From: Chthonomonadales bacterium
GTDB lineage: Bacteria; Armatimonadota; Chthonomonadetes; Chthonomonadales; CAJBBX01
Assembly: GCA_035477595.1 (NCBI GenBank)
Contig: DATIKM010000046.1
Coordinates: 19,171-83,170, forward strand
Direction of reading: 5' to 3'
DNA: 64,000 nucleotides
Translations under genes and position numbers: made by a program
Shown: one piece after another, positions 38,137-48,262 of the stretch
Position numbering within the stretch: position 1 is the first letter of the stretch
Layout: every line of letters begins with the position of its first letter
The notes under the pieces: model-generated
What the model saw: only the letters and a program-made list of their open reading frames with translations
What the model was told of the DNA's origin: nothing
Databases searched by the model: none

Positions 38137-41100
38137 CTAGCGCACCCGCAAGATAACACGCCGGCGCTCACCGAACCGCGCCCGCCCCTCCGCTTCCAGC
38201 GTGAAGACGGCCTCGGCGTCACTCTCCAGCCCGCTCGCAACCACGAACTCGCCGAAGTGGGCGTCGGCGTGGCGCGCGACGTCGCCCGTCAGGGGCGCCG
38301 CGAAGACGAGCCGCGGCATGCCCGTCGACGCCGCGTCCGCTCGCTCGTCACCCACCAGCCGGACCGCCCCCACCGGTGCGCGTGCCAGCCAGATTGCGTC
38401 GCCGGTATTCCCCACACGGGCCCGAGCGCGCACGGGCTGGCCGCGCGCCACCGCGATCTCCGCGCCGCGCCCGGCCGGCCGCCAGGCGCCGCCTGCGTCC
38501 TGCACCTCCAGGGAGTCGAACTCCGCGTTCAGGAACTTGAGAGGCGCGAAGCCGTCGTAGGGTAGGTTCCCCACAGCCGTGAGCGGCGTGTCCGCAGAGG
38601 TCGTTCCCGTGCCCCCGGTGCGCACCCCCACCATGCCGCCGGCGCGCACCGCCTCCACGTACGCGCTCTTGTGCGTGTCGTAGACGGCCTGGTACGCCGC
38701 CGCGTGCAGGTCGCGGTCCACGGTGACCCACCTGTCGGGTGGCCGAGTTGAGCGGGGAGTCGTGACGGCGCGGGCGAGGCGCTGTAGCTCGCGGGCCGCG
38801 GGGCGGGGCGTTCGGTCGGGCGCAAGGATCCCGAAATCGCTCCGCTCGTCGGTCCGGTAGCCGCCGACGCTCCACCAGGCGGCCAGACCGTTCGCCCCGG
38901 AGTCGAGCAGCATCTGGGCAAAGCCGCGGTGTAGCGCGGCCTGATTCCGCGCCTTCTCGCCAGTGGAATCCCACGGGTAGATGCTGGCGCCGACCTCGGC
39001 CCAGAAGACCGGCTTGCCGGTGCCGGCGTAGCGCGCGTAGGCGGTGGTGAACCCCGACTCGTGTGGCTGCAGGCCGTAACCTTCTGGCGACGAGTAGTCG
39101 AAGTGCTTGCCGCACGAGTTCAGATCATAGGCGAACCAGCTCGTCCAGCTCGGCTGCGATGCCGAGCGCGCGCTGATGAGGTGGTTCGGGTCGATGGCGC
39201 GGATGCGGCGGATGACGTCGCCGTAACGCCTGCTGATGACGTCGTCGGCGGCCCGCGAGTAGGCGTTGGCCAGCCTAAGCCACGGGCCATCCTGGCGCAA
39301 CTGGTAGTCCGGTGGGTTCGTGACGCGCCCGTCCGGCCCGCGGGGAATGGGGACGCCCCATGCCGCTTCCGCGCGGGCGATCGACCCGTAGCGCTCGATG
39401 ACCCACTCCTCCCACTCGCGATCCCAGCCGCGGCGCTCCTCATGCGGTCCGAGCCGGTGCTCCCATGCAATGTCCCACGACCAGATCGCCGGGTTGCCAG
39501 CGAACCTCCCCTGCTCGAGGATGGGACGGAACACGGTTTCGTCCGCGTGGAACGGATGGGCGCCGATGAGGAAGACCAGCACCCGGATGCCGCGGCGGGC
39601 GGCCCGGGCGACGAAGTCGTTCACCTGCCGCACGGTGTCCACGTCGCCACCCGCGATGCTCACGTGGTTCATGCCGAGCGCGGCGATGGTGGCCAGATCG
39701 CCCTCCACCACGTCCGGGTCGTACCGGGTCACGTTCAGCCAGTGCATCCCGTAATCCACGGGGCTCGTGCCGGCAACGCTGGTCATCCAGTAGTTGACGC
39801 CGAACGGGTACCACGGCCGCTCGGGGCCGAGCCGGTCCCATCTGCCGGGCCGCTCCGGCTCCCGCACCACGAACTGGCCATCCCGCACGCGCACGAAGGC
39901 CTCGCGGGGCGCGGGGGTTGGGTCGAGCGCCGTCCACCGCTGCTCGATGCGGTCGATCTCGCGGCCGTCTGCGCGGAGAACGGCGATGGTGCGCCAGTCG
40001 CCGGGCGGCAGCCGCCTCGGCCGCCAGACGGCCGTCACATTGCGCAGGCCGCCGGCTGGCACGTCGACACGCTCCCGCACGCGATGGGCCGTGGCGCCGC
40101 CCGGCGCCACCACGCGCAGGTCGACCTCCACGCGCGCGCCCCGCAGGCCGACCGCCATCACCTGCGCGCCCAGGGGAATGGCCTCGCCTGGCCAGTAGGC
40201 GAACTGCCCGGAGCCAGCTCGTGTGAAGAACAGGCCGCGCGCAAGACGCTCCGCGAGGGCCGCGGCTTCGACGGGCGCCGAGCCGGCGCGCTTGGTCCCT
40301 GCCAGGTGAGCGAACACCGCGCCGCGGTAGGGGGGCCGCAGGTTGAGGTAGATCGACCGCCGCGTGCCGCGCGGAATGCCGTGCTCGTCCAGGATCGGCT
40401 CCAGCGGAATCCACCGACCGGCGCGCGCCGCCTCGAAGGCGAGCCCCCGAGGGCGCGCGATGGGCGTGACCACGGGCCCGGTGCGATGACCGGTGGCAGC
40501 CAGCCGCTCCAGCTCCGCCTGCCGAGGCCGTAAGGACGGCAGATGGTAGACCTTGTAGGAGGGCGAGAGCGTCTCCAGCTCCGGCGTCTCGAGGTCGCCC
40601 AGACGCACGGGACGGGCGGTGCGGCCGGCGCTCACACCGGCGATCCAGTAGGTCTTGGGGCCTGGCGGCTCCGGCGCGTGCGATGTAGCCAGCCCGAACG
40701 AGAAGCGGGCCGCGTTCTCCGGTCTCAGGCGGTCGCCGCGACCTCCGCGCCCTTGCGAGGGGCTATCGCTCCAGAAGGCGAAGTCGCGGGAAGCGAGGGC
40801 GTAGCGGCGCCACCGCGAGCCGAGGGGCACCGTTGTCAGCCAACGCGAGCCGTCGCTCTCCTGCAGCTCGACGACCAGGTGCCGGGTGCGCGCGTCGCCC
40901 CGTGCCCAGAACAAAAGCACGTCGTCGCCCGGCGCAAACGCGCCGGTCGCCTGAGCGGTGAGGGTGTCCCAGCCGTCGAAGGCGCCCAGATCGACGCGCA
41001 GCGCATCCGCGGCCCCCGGCGGCCCGGTGCGCTCCACGCGCCAGCGCGCCGGGTCGTTGAAGTTCCGGGCGCCGCGTGCCAGCGCGGGGGCGCGGGCAGT

Positions 41101-42135
41101 GGAGAGCGGCAGCAGGAGCCTCTGCGCGGTTGCCCGATCAACCTCCGCGCGGAAGCGCTCGCGCGCGGCGCGAATGGACCGGTCGAAGAGCGGGCCTCCC
41201 ACGGCGATCAGGTCGCCCCCGTCGCGCAGGAAGCGGAGCAGGTTATCGCGCGCATCGATGGGGCAGGCGGAGGCGTCGGGAAGGAGCAGGGCATCCCAAC
41301 GGCTTGCCGAGAGCCGGTCGGCGCGCCCGATGCCGGCTGTGGAAACGGCGCCGGCGTCGATCCCGCGCGAGCGCAGGGCGCGCACCCAAGGCGCGGCGCT
41401 CGCGGGCGTGCCGTGGACTGCCACGCGGTAGGGGCCTGCCGCGCGCGGTACTGCGCCATCCGCGACCCGAGCGACGGCCGCAATGCGGCGAAAGGAGGCC
41501 TCGGCGGCAGCGGCAGCCAGCGCCGGTCGGCCGGAGCGCACTGCCCGGGCGCCGCCCTCCAGCGAGAAGCCGGCCCGGTAGAGGAGCCGTCCCCGCGGCC
41601 CCGGCTCGCGCACCTCGCCCACGACGGCGCCGCCCTCAAGGGAGATCCGAAGCGAGTATTCCCTGCCCGGCTCCCAGGGCCCCAGATCCACCTCATTGGG
41701 CAATCGATCGAGCCGCGTGCCAGGTGCTGACTGGGCCTGCCAGACGCCCTCGAGCATCTGCACGAGCTCCACGTAGCGCCTGCCGTCCGGCCCTTCCACG
41801 AGGGTGAGGCGCCAGAAGTTGGCGTCGTCCGCCACGACCGCGATCCCGGCGGCGGACCAGCCCGCGGCTGCTAGGCGTCGCTCCCATCGCATGGCGGCTA
41901 CAAGAGCGAGAACGGGCGCCGCCGGCACGCGGTGTGGCAGCGCCGTGGCGTTGCGGGGCGCCTCCAGCCGCAACCAGCCGTCGCGCACCCGCGGCGTTCC
42001 CCCCTCCACGTGCCAGACGCCCTCGATGGGCCTCCGAGCGTCGTATGCGCGGAGGTCGTCGGTGAACCGGTGGGTTGCACGGGGGCTTGCCCAGGCGGGT
42101 AGCACGACCGCGATCGCGAGAGCGACGAGCAGCAT
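38137..42135 (-). CDS. secreted 1332-aa multidomain protein with clan GH-A (TIM-barrel) glycoside hydrolase module
   Basis: ATG at 42135 has an AGGAG SD. Signal peptide MLLVALAIAVVLPAWA. The TIM-barrel region is GMNHVSIAG...IWSWDIAWEH (acid/base Glu) ...KPVFWAEVG (nucleophile Glu). Confidence 0.75.
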   Translation of the reverse strand: MLLVALAIAVVLPAWASPRATHRFTDDLRAYDARRPIEGVWHVEGGTPRVRDGWLRLEAPRNATALPHRVPAAPVLALVAAMRWERRLAAAGWSAAGIAVVADDANFWRLTLVEGPDGRRYVELVQMLEGVWQAQSAPGTRLDRLPNEVDLGPWEPGREYSLRISLEGGAVVGEVREPGPRGRLLYRAGFSLEGGARAVRSGRPALAAAAAEASFRRIAAVARVADGAVPRAAGPYRVAVHGTPASAAPWVRALRSRGIDAGAVSTAGIGRADRLSASRWDALLLPDASACPIDARDNLLRFLRDGGDLIAVGGPLFDRSIRAARERFRAEVDRATAQRLLLPLSTARAPALARGARNFNDPARWRVERTGPPGAADALRVDLGAFDGWDTLTAQATGAFAPGDDVLLFWARGDARTRHLVVELQESDGSRWLTTVPLGSRWRRYALASRDFAFWSDSPSQGRGGRGDRLRPENAARFSFGLATSHAPEPPGPKTYWIAGVSAGRTARPVRLGDLETPELETLSPSYKVYHLPSLRPRQAELERLAATGHRTGPVVTPIARPRGLAFEAARAGRWIPLEPILDEHGIPRGTRRSIYLNLRPPYRGAVFAHLAGTKRAGSAPVEAAALAERLARGLFFTRAGSGQFAYWPGEAIPLGAQVMAVGLRGARVEVDLRVVAPGGATAHRVRERVDVPAGGLRNVTAVWRPRRLPPGDWRTIAVLRADGREIDRIEQRWTALDPTPAPREAFVRVRDGQFVVREPERPGRWDRLGPERPWYPFGVNYWMTSVAGTSPVDYGMHWLNVTRYDPDVVEGDLATIAALGMNHVSIAGGDVDTVRQVNDFVARAARRGIRVLVFLIGAHPFHADETVFRPILEQGRFAGNPAIWSWDIAWEHRLGPHEERRGWDREWEEWVIERYGSIARAEAAWGVPIPRGPDGRVTNPPDYQLRQDGPWLRLANAYSRAADDVISRRYGDVIRRIRAIDPNHLISARSASQPSWTSWFAYDLNSCGKHFDYSSPEGYGLQPHESGFTTAYARYAGTGKPVFWAEVGASIYPWDSTGEKARNQAALHRGFAQMLLDSGANGLAAWWSVGGYRTDERSDFGILAPDRTPRPAARELQRLARAVTTPRSTRPPDRWVTVDRDLHAAAYQAVYDTHKSAYVEAVRAGGMVGVRTGGTGTTSADTPLTAVGNLPYDGFAPLKFLNAEFDSLEVQDAGGAWRPAGRGAEIAVARGQPVRARARVGNTGDAIWLARAPVGAVRLVGDERADAASTGMPRLVFAAPLTGDVARHADAHFGEFVVASGLESDAEAVFTLEAEGRARFGERRRVILRVR

Positions 42136-42428
42136 CAGGGGGCTCCTGTCGGGCGGGGCGGGGCGGGTGCGGCCCGGTCATTATAGGAGGCCTCGCTCGC
42201 GAGCGTCAAGACGACGCGCCGGTCCCGGCGACGGCGTCGCGCGGCGGACCTTCCTGCTCAGAAAGACAGGGGCGGTGCGGAATAAGCACTTCGAACAGGA
42301 GCCGCGCGGCTCGCACCGGGTGCTCCCGCTCGCCACTGAGCGCGCATCCGGAGGACGATGGCGCGCCGGTGCGCTATGCGAGGGCCGGCGGGGCCCAGAT
42401 CCCACGAAGGCCCGTCGGCGAACCACGG

Positions 42429-44189
42429 ATGAGACACGGCCTCAGCGCAAGCGAATCTGCGTTCTTCAGCGGAAGGCTCGGCGATCGCCTGCTGGCGGAG
42501 GGGCTCATCTCGGAGGCCCAGCTCGAGACCGCACTCGAGCGCAAGCGCCAGACTGGCGAGTTCCTGGGCGAGCTCGTCGTTGAGCTCGGCTACGCCTCCT
42601 CGCGCACCATCGGCAAGATCCTCCAAGAGGGGATCGGCATCTCCTACGTGGACCTGGCCGACGTGCAGATCGACCCCGGCGCTCTCGAGCTGGTTGCCGA
42701 GCACTACCAGAAGCGCCACCGCGTGCTCCCTTACAAGGTGGAGGACCGCCGGGTCTACGTCGCGATGTGCGACCCGCTGAACGTGATGGTGGTGGACGAT
42801 CTTCACCTCATGACGGGCTACCGTGTCGTGCCGCAGCTCGTCCTGAACACCGACATCCAAGACGCGTTCAACAGGGTCTACTCGGCGCGAAGCCAGGCGC
42901 AGGAAGTCCTCAAGGAGATCGAGGACGCGGAGGAGCCGGGGCTCGGGTCGGATATCTCGGCCGACAAGCTCGCGGACCTGGCCGAGGACGCGCCCATCAT
43001 ACGCCTCACGAACTCGATCATCGCGGGCGGCGTGGCGTGCGGTGCGAGCGACATCCACATTGAGCCTCAGGAGCGCGCCGTGCGCGTGCGGTACCGCATG
43101 GACGGCGTGCTCTACGAGCAGATGACGATCCCGCCGCACCACTACGCCGCGGTCTGTTCGCGCATCAAGATCATGGCGCACCTGAACATCGCGGAGCGGC
43201 GCAGGCCGCAGGACGGCCGCATCGTCTTCAAGGCCCAGAACGCAGCCTACGATCTCCGCGTCTCCACGATGCCCACCATCTACGGCGAGAAGGTCGTGAT
43301 GCGCGTGCTCGACAAGTCCGGCATCACGGTGCCCCTCGAAAGGCTGGGGTTTGGCTCCGAGCAACTCGCGCTCTACGAGACCTTCATCACGCGTCCCTAC
43401 GGGATGGTTCTGGTGACCGGACCGACGGGCTCCGGAAAGTCGACCACGCTCTATGCGTCGCTGAACAAGATCAACGATGTGGCGCTGAACATCATCACCG
43501 TGGAGGATCCGGTCGAGTACAACCTGGCGGGCATCAGCCAGATGCAGGCCAACCCCAGGATCGGCCTTACCTTCGCCACCGGCCTGCGCACCATCGTGCG
43601 CCAGGACCCGGACGTCATCATGGTCGGCGAGATACGAGACGCGGAGACGGCCGAGATCGCGGTGCAGGCAGCCCTGACCGGTCACCTCGTGTTCAGCACG
43701 CTCCACACGAACGATGCGCCTGGAGCCGTCGTCCGGCTGCAGAACATGGGAGTGGAGCCATTCCTCATCGTGTCGGCGCTCATCGGCGTGGTTGGCCAGC
43801 GCCTGCTCCGCCGCAACTGCGTTTCGTGCGCCGAGGCCGACACGCCGAACCCGGCCCTCCTGCGGTCGTTGGGCATATCGCCGGAGATGGCGGAGACCGC
43901 GCAGTACAAGCGCGGCCTGGGCTGCCCGAAGTGCTCGGGGCGAGGGTACCGGGGCCGGTCCGCTGCCTACGAGGTCATGCGCGTCTCGGACCGCCTCCGC
44001 GAAGCGGTCCTCCGCAACGTGGGCGGGTCCGCGCTCAAGGAGATCGCGATGGCGGATGGCATGACCACGATGCGGGAGTCCGGCATACGCAAGGTGCTGC
44101 AAGGGGAGACCACACCGGAGGAGGTCTGCCGGGTGCTCCTGAGCGAGGAGTTCGGCGAGGGCGGTCTGCCGCAGGCGCGCGCTGCCTGA
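42429..44189 (+). CDS. pilB: type IV pilus assembly ATPase PilB (GspE family)
   Basis: MshEN-like N-domain (LLAEGLISEAQLETALERKRQTGEFLGELVVELGY), Walker A VTGPTGSGKSTT, VEDPVEY, IMVGEIRD, a tetracysteine motif CVSC...CPKC. In-frame GTG at 42369 is an alternative start. Confidence 0.9.
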   Translation: MRHGLSASESAFFSGRLGDRLLAEGLISEAQLETALERKRQTGEFLGELVVELGYASSRTIGKILQEGIGISYVDLADVQIDPGALELVAEHYQKRHRVLPYKVEDRRVYVAMCDPLNVMVVDDLHLMTGYRVVPQLVLNTDIQDAFNRVYSARSQAQEVLKEIEDAEEPGLGSDISADKLADLAEDAPIIRLTNSIIAGGVACGASDIHIEPQERAVRVRYRMDGVLYEQMTIPPHHYAAVCSRIKIMAHLNIAERRRPQDGRIVFKAQNAAYDLRVSTMPTIYGEKVVMRVLDKSGITVPLERLGFGSEQLALYETFITRPYGMVLVTGPTGSGKSTTLYASLNKINDVALNIITVEDPVEYNLAGISQMQANPRIGLTFATGLRTIVRQDPDVIMVGEIRDAETAEIAVQAALTGHLVFSTLHTNDAPGAVVRLQNMGVEPFLIVSALIGVVGQRLLRRNCVSCAEADTPNPALLRSLGISPEMAETAQYKRGLGCPKCSGRGYRGRSAAYEVMRVSDRLREAVLRNVGGSALKEIAMADGMTTMRESGIRKVLQGETTPEEVCRVLLSEEFGEGGLPQARAA

Positions 44190-44319
44190 ATCGCTCATTG
44201 CCTGCATACGAAACGCCTTTTGCTCTCAAAGCTGACCCGCGCGCGTGGAACTGATCTACTGACGGACCGACGCTTGAGCCACGGCCCGCCGACCTGGCGC
44301 TGGCCGGGAGAGATACGCC

Positions 44320-45534
44320 ATGCCGAACTACCAGTACTGGGCGCGTGACCGATCCGGGCGCTCGGTCGCCGGAGCCCTGGCCGCACCCGACGAGCAGTCC
44401 CTTCGCGAGCAGCTCAGGCGCAAGGAGCTCTTCGTCACGCGCATCGCGGCGCAACGGCAGACCTCGGTGCAGAGCGGCGGCCTGTTCTCCAAGCGCAAGG
44501 TCAGCCTGAACGACATGGTGGTGATGAGCCGCCAGCTCGCCACGCTGGTCCGAGCGGGCCTGCCGCTCGTGCAATGTCTCGATGCTCTGGTTGGCCAGAC
44601 GCAGAACCAGACGCTGAAGGAGGCGCTCACGGACATTCGCAACGAGGTGCTTGCGGGCGCGACCTTCAGCACCGCGCTCGGACGGCACTCACACATCTTC
44701 TCCGAGCTCTACCAGGCGCTTGCCCAGGCCGGCGAGATGGCCGGCGCACTCGACGAGACGCTGCAGACAGCCGCCGAGCAGCTCGACAAGGAGCAGCAGC
44801 TACGCGAGAAGGTGAAGTCCGCATTCGTCTACCCGATCGCCGTCATGGTGACCGCGGCGGGCGTGGTGGCCTTCATGCTCACCGTCGTGGTGCCGGTGTT
44901 CACCAAGGTGTACGGCCAGTTCGACGCGCAGCTCCCCGGCCCGACGATGCTGCTGGTTGTGTTGAGCAACGTAATCACCGGCTACTGGTACATCGTGCTG
45001 GCGGCCCTCTTCGGCCTCGTGAAGGCGTTCCGTTGGTGGGGGCGCACGGCAAACGGCAAGAGCGCCCTGGACCGCGTGAAACTCGGTATGCCGCTTCTGG
45101 GGCCTCTGAACCGCAAGATCGCCATCTCGCGCCTGACGCGGACGCTGAGCGCCATGCTGCAGGCGGGCGTGCCTATCCTCTCCGGGCTGCAGACCTCAGC
45201 GCGAGTCACGGGGAACACGGTCTTCACCGACGTGGTCGCCGACACGCTGCAGAAGGTGAACCAGGGTGCACGTCTCTCGGCGCCGCTCGAGGAGTCGGGC
45301 CAGTTCCCGTCCATGGTGACCCACATGATCGCCGCTGGCGAGGAGTCCGGCAACATGGATGAGATGCTCAATCAGGTATGCGAGTTCTACGACCGCGACA
45401 TCGACTACGCGGTGGAGCGGCTGACGCGCATGCTGGAGCCGCTGTTGACGATCGTGCTCGGGGTCATCGTCGGGTTCATCCTGATGGCGCTCTACATGCC
45501 GATATTCAGCATGTCCAAGGTGGTTCAGCGCTAG
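44320..45534 (+). CDS. pilC: type IV pilus / T2SS platform protein PilC (GspF family)
   Basis: 404 aa with two GspF repeats (FSRQLATLVRAGLPL..., LSRLTRTLSAMLQAGVPIL) and three TM regions. GGGAGAG SD. Confidence 0.9.
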   Translation: MPNYQYWARDRSGRSVAGALAAPDEQSLREQLRRKELFVTRIAAQRQTSVQSGGLFSKRKVSLNDMVVMSRQLATLVRAGLPLVQCLDALVGQTQNQTLKEALTDIRNEVLAGATFSTALGRHSHIFSELYQALAQAGEMAGALDETLQTAAEQLDKEQQLREKVKSAFVYPIAVMVTAAGVVAFMLTVVVPVFTKVYGQFDAQLPGPTMLLVVLSNVITGYWYIVLAALFGLVKAFRWWGRTANGKSALDRVKLGMPLLGPLNRKIAISRLTRTLSAMLQAGVPILSGLQTSARVTGNTVFTDVVADTLQKVNQGARLSAPLEESGQFPSMVTHMIAAGEESGNMDEMLNQVCEFYDRDIDYAVERLTRMLEPLLTIVLGVIVGFILMALYMPIFSMSKVVQR

Positions 45535-45664
45535 ACAGTGTGCACGGTAGCGGGATGCCTGCAGGCGTTTGCGGTCAGTGGCCCGCCGATTTGTGGAACA
45601 AACCGCTGTCCACGACGGGAGCGATGGCGTCCGGCTTGGCCGGTGGAAGGGGCAGGTGACAACG

Positions 45665-46084
45665 ATGGCGATCGGTAGGCGGTTCATACGAGGAAGAGCC
45701 GGGGCGTTCACCCTCGTCGAGCTGCTCGTGGTGATCCTCATCCTGTCGGTACTCATGGCGATCGTGCTGCCCCTGTATCTGGGGACGATCGGAAATGCCG
45801 AGCGCAGGACATGCAGGGCCAACATGCAGACGATCGCCAACGCTCAACAGGCCCACAAGGTCTGGAGCCCCACGCACGAGTACACCGAGGATCTGCAGGA
45901 GATCTACATCAACACGGGCGACCGGCCCATGTGCCCGGTCAACGGCGGCGACGCCTACAGCGTCGAGATATCGGACGGGTCCGCGCTGAGCCTCAGCGGC
46001 AGACCGGTACCGGCGGGAGGACTCGTCGTCAGGTGCAACCATCCCGACCACGGCGTGTTCGCGCCTGGGTTGGACATCGAGTAG
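45665..46084 (+). CDS. type IV pilin-like protein (prepilin N-terminal cleavage/methylation domain), atypical cleavage site
   Basis: MAIGRRFIRGRAGAFTLVELLVVILILSVLMAI. Paralog of 46251..46646. Confidence 0.8.
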   Translation: MAIGRRFIRGRAGAFTLVELLVVILILSVLMAIVLPLYLGTIGNAERRTCRANMQTIANAQQAHKVWSPTHEYTEDLQEIYINTGDRPMCPVNGGDAYSVEISDGSALSLSGRPVPAGGLVVRCNHPDHGVFAPGLDIE

Positions 46085-46250
46085 ACCGCTCGGCGACAGG
46101 CTGCCCCCCTACGACTACCGCAAAAATGCTGTTCAGGTAGACGGTGAAGGTGTGGAACAAGGCGCCAGAGGGTCTCGCGGGAGACCGCAGGGGACCCAGG
46201 CGGCGACGGGGCAGCCGGAGCCGAGACGCAACCACGGAGAGAGGACTCAC

Positions 46251-46646
46251 ATGACTTCGTTCAGAATCCGCAGCCGGAAGCGCAAGGGCTTCACGCTCAT
46301 CGAGCTTCTCGTCGTCATCCTGATCCTGGCGATCCTGATGGCGGTGGCGTTGCCGCTCTACCTCGGCGCAATCGCCGACTCCGAGAAGCGCACCTGCGGC
46401 GCCAACATGCAGACCATCGTGAACGCCGCCCAAGCCTTCAAGGTTCGAGACCCGGCACGCGACTATCCGGACACCATCGCGGCGCTGGTTGCCGGCGTGG
46501 GAGGCGTGACAGACCTGACCGTGACCCCAACGTGCCCGGATGCAGGGGTTTACTCGTGGGACCCCGACACGGCCACCGTCAGCTGCACTGTGCATGGCAG
46601 TTTCACTGCGGGACATGCCGACATGGTCCCGCACGGAGGGCCCTAG
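46251..46646 (+). CDS. type IV pilin-like protein (prepilin N-terminal cleavage/methylation domain)
   Basis: [32 protein letters not shown] has the canonical G/FTLIE site. GGAGAGAGGA SD. Confidence 0.85.
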   Translation: MTSFRIRSRKRKGFTLIELLVVILILAILMAVALPLYLGAIADSEKRTCGANMQTIVNAAQAFKVRDPARDYPDTIAALVAGVGGVTDLTVTPTCPDAGVYSWDPDTATVSCTVHGSFTAGHADMVPHGGP

Positions 46647-46676
46647 TCGCCCCCTGGACAGCCGGCAGCCCTCATC

Positions 46677-46709
46677 AGGACGGCGCTCCCACCCGCGGAG
46701 CGCCGTCCT
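46677..46709 (+). terminator. strong hairpin downstream of the pilin genes
   Basis: Perfect 13-bp stem AGGACGGCGCTCC / GGAGCGCCGTCCT with a 7-nt loop, 31 nt after the pilin stop. The following T-run is weak (TT). Confidence 0.5.
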
Positions 46710-46797
46710 TCCGCGTGCGGCAGGAACCGCCGCGCAGCGTGTGCAACCTGCCGCCTGAGGCCCCCAGGGGCCATCGGACAAGGAGCTGCCCGCACCG

Positions 46798-47634
46798 ATG
46801 CTCGTCTGGGCTTGCATCGCGCCCCATGGCGGAGAGCTGATACCCGATCTCGCGGATGGCGACCTCGCCCGCATGCAGGTGACCCGGCGGGGCATGGAAG
46901 GCCTCGGCGCGAGGTGCCTGGCGGCGCGGCCCCAGACCCTCGTCGTCCTGACCCCACACGGCATCGAGGTGGAGAACCATATTGCGGTCGCCTTCGCCGA
47001 GACCGCGCTGGGTGAGCTGGACGGTCCGGCGGGCCGCGGGGTGTCGGCGGCCTTCCCGGTGGACCTCGAGCTGGCGGCCGCACTCGTCCAGGCGGTGTCG
47101 GAGCGCTCGGTTCCAGTCGCGCCTCTGGTGCTGACCACTGCCGAGGGCAGACCGCTCCCGATCTTTCCGCTAGACTTCGGCGCCCTTGTGCCTCTCTGGT
47201 TCCTCGGTGCGCGCTGGCTCGAGCCGCCCGCCATCGTCGTGGTGACGGCGGCGCGCTCGCTGCCCCGCCGCCAGCTCGTGGCCGCGGGCGAGGCGGTGGT
47301 CGAGGCCGCCGTCCGCTCAGGTCGGCGGGTCGCCATCGTCTGCAGCGCCGACCTGGGCCATGGCCACCGCGCGGACGGGCCCTACGGCTTCTCGCCGACC
47401 TCCGCGACCCACGACCGCGCCTTCTGCAGCGCCATTCGGGAGAACGCGCTGCACCGATTGCTCCGCTGGCGCGGCGACTGGGTCGAGTCCGCAATGCCCG
47501 ACGGTTTCTGGTCCTCTCTCGTCCTCCACGGAGCGCTCCGGGCGACACCGCTGCAGCCGGAGCTGGTCTCCTACGAGGCGCCGACCTACTTCGGGATGGC
47601 CTGCGCGGCGTTCGAGCCGCCCCCGATCCCCTGA
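46798..47634 (+). CDS. class III extradiol dioxygenase subunit B (LigB) / MEMO-like family protein
   Basis: [12 protein letters not shown] near the N-terminus and [10 protein letters not shown] later recall the His-containing metal motifs of LigB/Memo-type proteins. The family call is tentative. Confidence 0.5.
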   Translation: MLVWACIAPHGGELIPDLADGDLARMQVTRRGMEGLGARCLAARPQTLVVLTPHGIEVENHIAVAFAETALGELDGPAGRGVSAAFPVDLELAAALVQAVSERSVPVAPLVLTTAEGRPLPIFPLDFGALVPLWFLGARWLEPPAIVVVTAARSLPRRQLVAAGEAVVEAAVRSGRRVAIVCSADLGHGHRADGPYGFSPTSATHDRAFCSAIRENALHRLLRWRGDWVESAMPDGFWSSLVLHGALRATPLQPELVSYEAPTYFGMACAAFEPPPIP

Positions 47635-47698
47635 GGTATAATCTGCCCGGCCAGGCCGGTGCCACGTCCGAGGCCGGCTATGAGCGCGGAGGTCGCGC

Positions 47699-48262
47699 AT
47701 GCGGCGCATTGAGATGGCGCTGCCCGGTGTCGTGGTCTTCGAGCCGGTGGTCCACGAGGACGCGCGCGGCTGGTTCGCCGAGACCTACCGGGCCTCGCTG
47801 CTGGCCGAGTGGGGCATCCACGACCGCTTCGTGCAGGACAACCACTCCTTCTCGCGCGGTGGCGTCGTGCGCGGGCTCCACTACCAGCTTCGCCGGCCGC
47901 AGTCGAAGCTCTGCCGCGTCGTGCGCGGCGAAGTCCTGGACGTGGCGGTCGATATCCGCAGAGGCTCGCCCACGTTCGGGCGCTGGACGGCCGTGCGCCT
48001 CTCCGCCGACAACATGCGCCACATGTACCTCCCGCCTGGTTACGCCCACGGATTCGCCGTGCTCTCCGATGGCGCCGACATGCTCTACAAGTGTGGCGAC
48101 TACTACGACGCCGCAGATGCGCGCGGGATCGCCTGGAACGACCCGGGCATCGGCGTCGACTGGGAGGTGTGCGGGCCGCCCACCGTCTCGGAGGCGGACG
48201 CGCGCTGGCCGCGCCTTGCCGACGCGCGCCCGGAGGACCTCCCGGCCTACGGCGATGCGTGA
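47699..48262 (+). CDS. rfbC: NDP-4-keto-sugar 3,5-epimerase, RmlC-like cupin
   Basis: [68 protein letters not shown] and [15 protein letters not shown]. Confidence 0.85.
   Translation: MRRIEMALPGVVVFEPVVHEDARGWFAETYRASLLAEWGIHDRFVQDNHSFSRGGVVRGLHYQLRRPQSKLCRVVRGEVLDVAVDIRRGSPTFGRWTAVRLSADNMRHMYLPPGYAHGFAVLSDGADMLYKCGDYYDAADARGIAWNDPGIGVDWEVCGPPTVSEADARWPRLADARPEDLPAYGDA

Noticed and set aside
42358-42432. 24-codon upstream ORF (MARRCAMRGPAGPRSHEGPSANHG) ending in an ATGA overlap with the pilB start
   Set aside because: The GGAGG lies only about 3 nt from its ATG, and the composition is not coding-like. An in-frame GTG at 42369 could simply be an earlier pilB start. I noted it but do not call it.
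42258-44207. 649-aa minus-strand ORF opposite pilB
   Set aside because: pilB motifs (Walker A, VEDPVEY, tetracysteine) are unambiguous on the + strand. The same reasoning rejects 26196..27488 (opposite ugd), 30649..32676 (opposite HD-GYP), 35889..37781, 39061..40533, 40543..41730 and 60732..62747.
45569-45664. Sigma54 promoter upstream of the pilins (TGGCCC..., TGGAAC...)
   Set aside because: GG elements are present, but no GC dinucleotide lies at the required 12-nt offset (TGGCAC-N5-TTGC spacing) in any of the three pil upstream regions.
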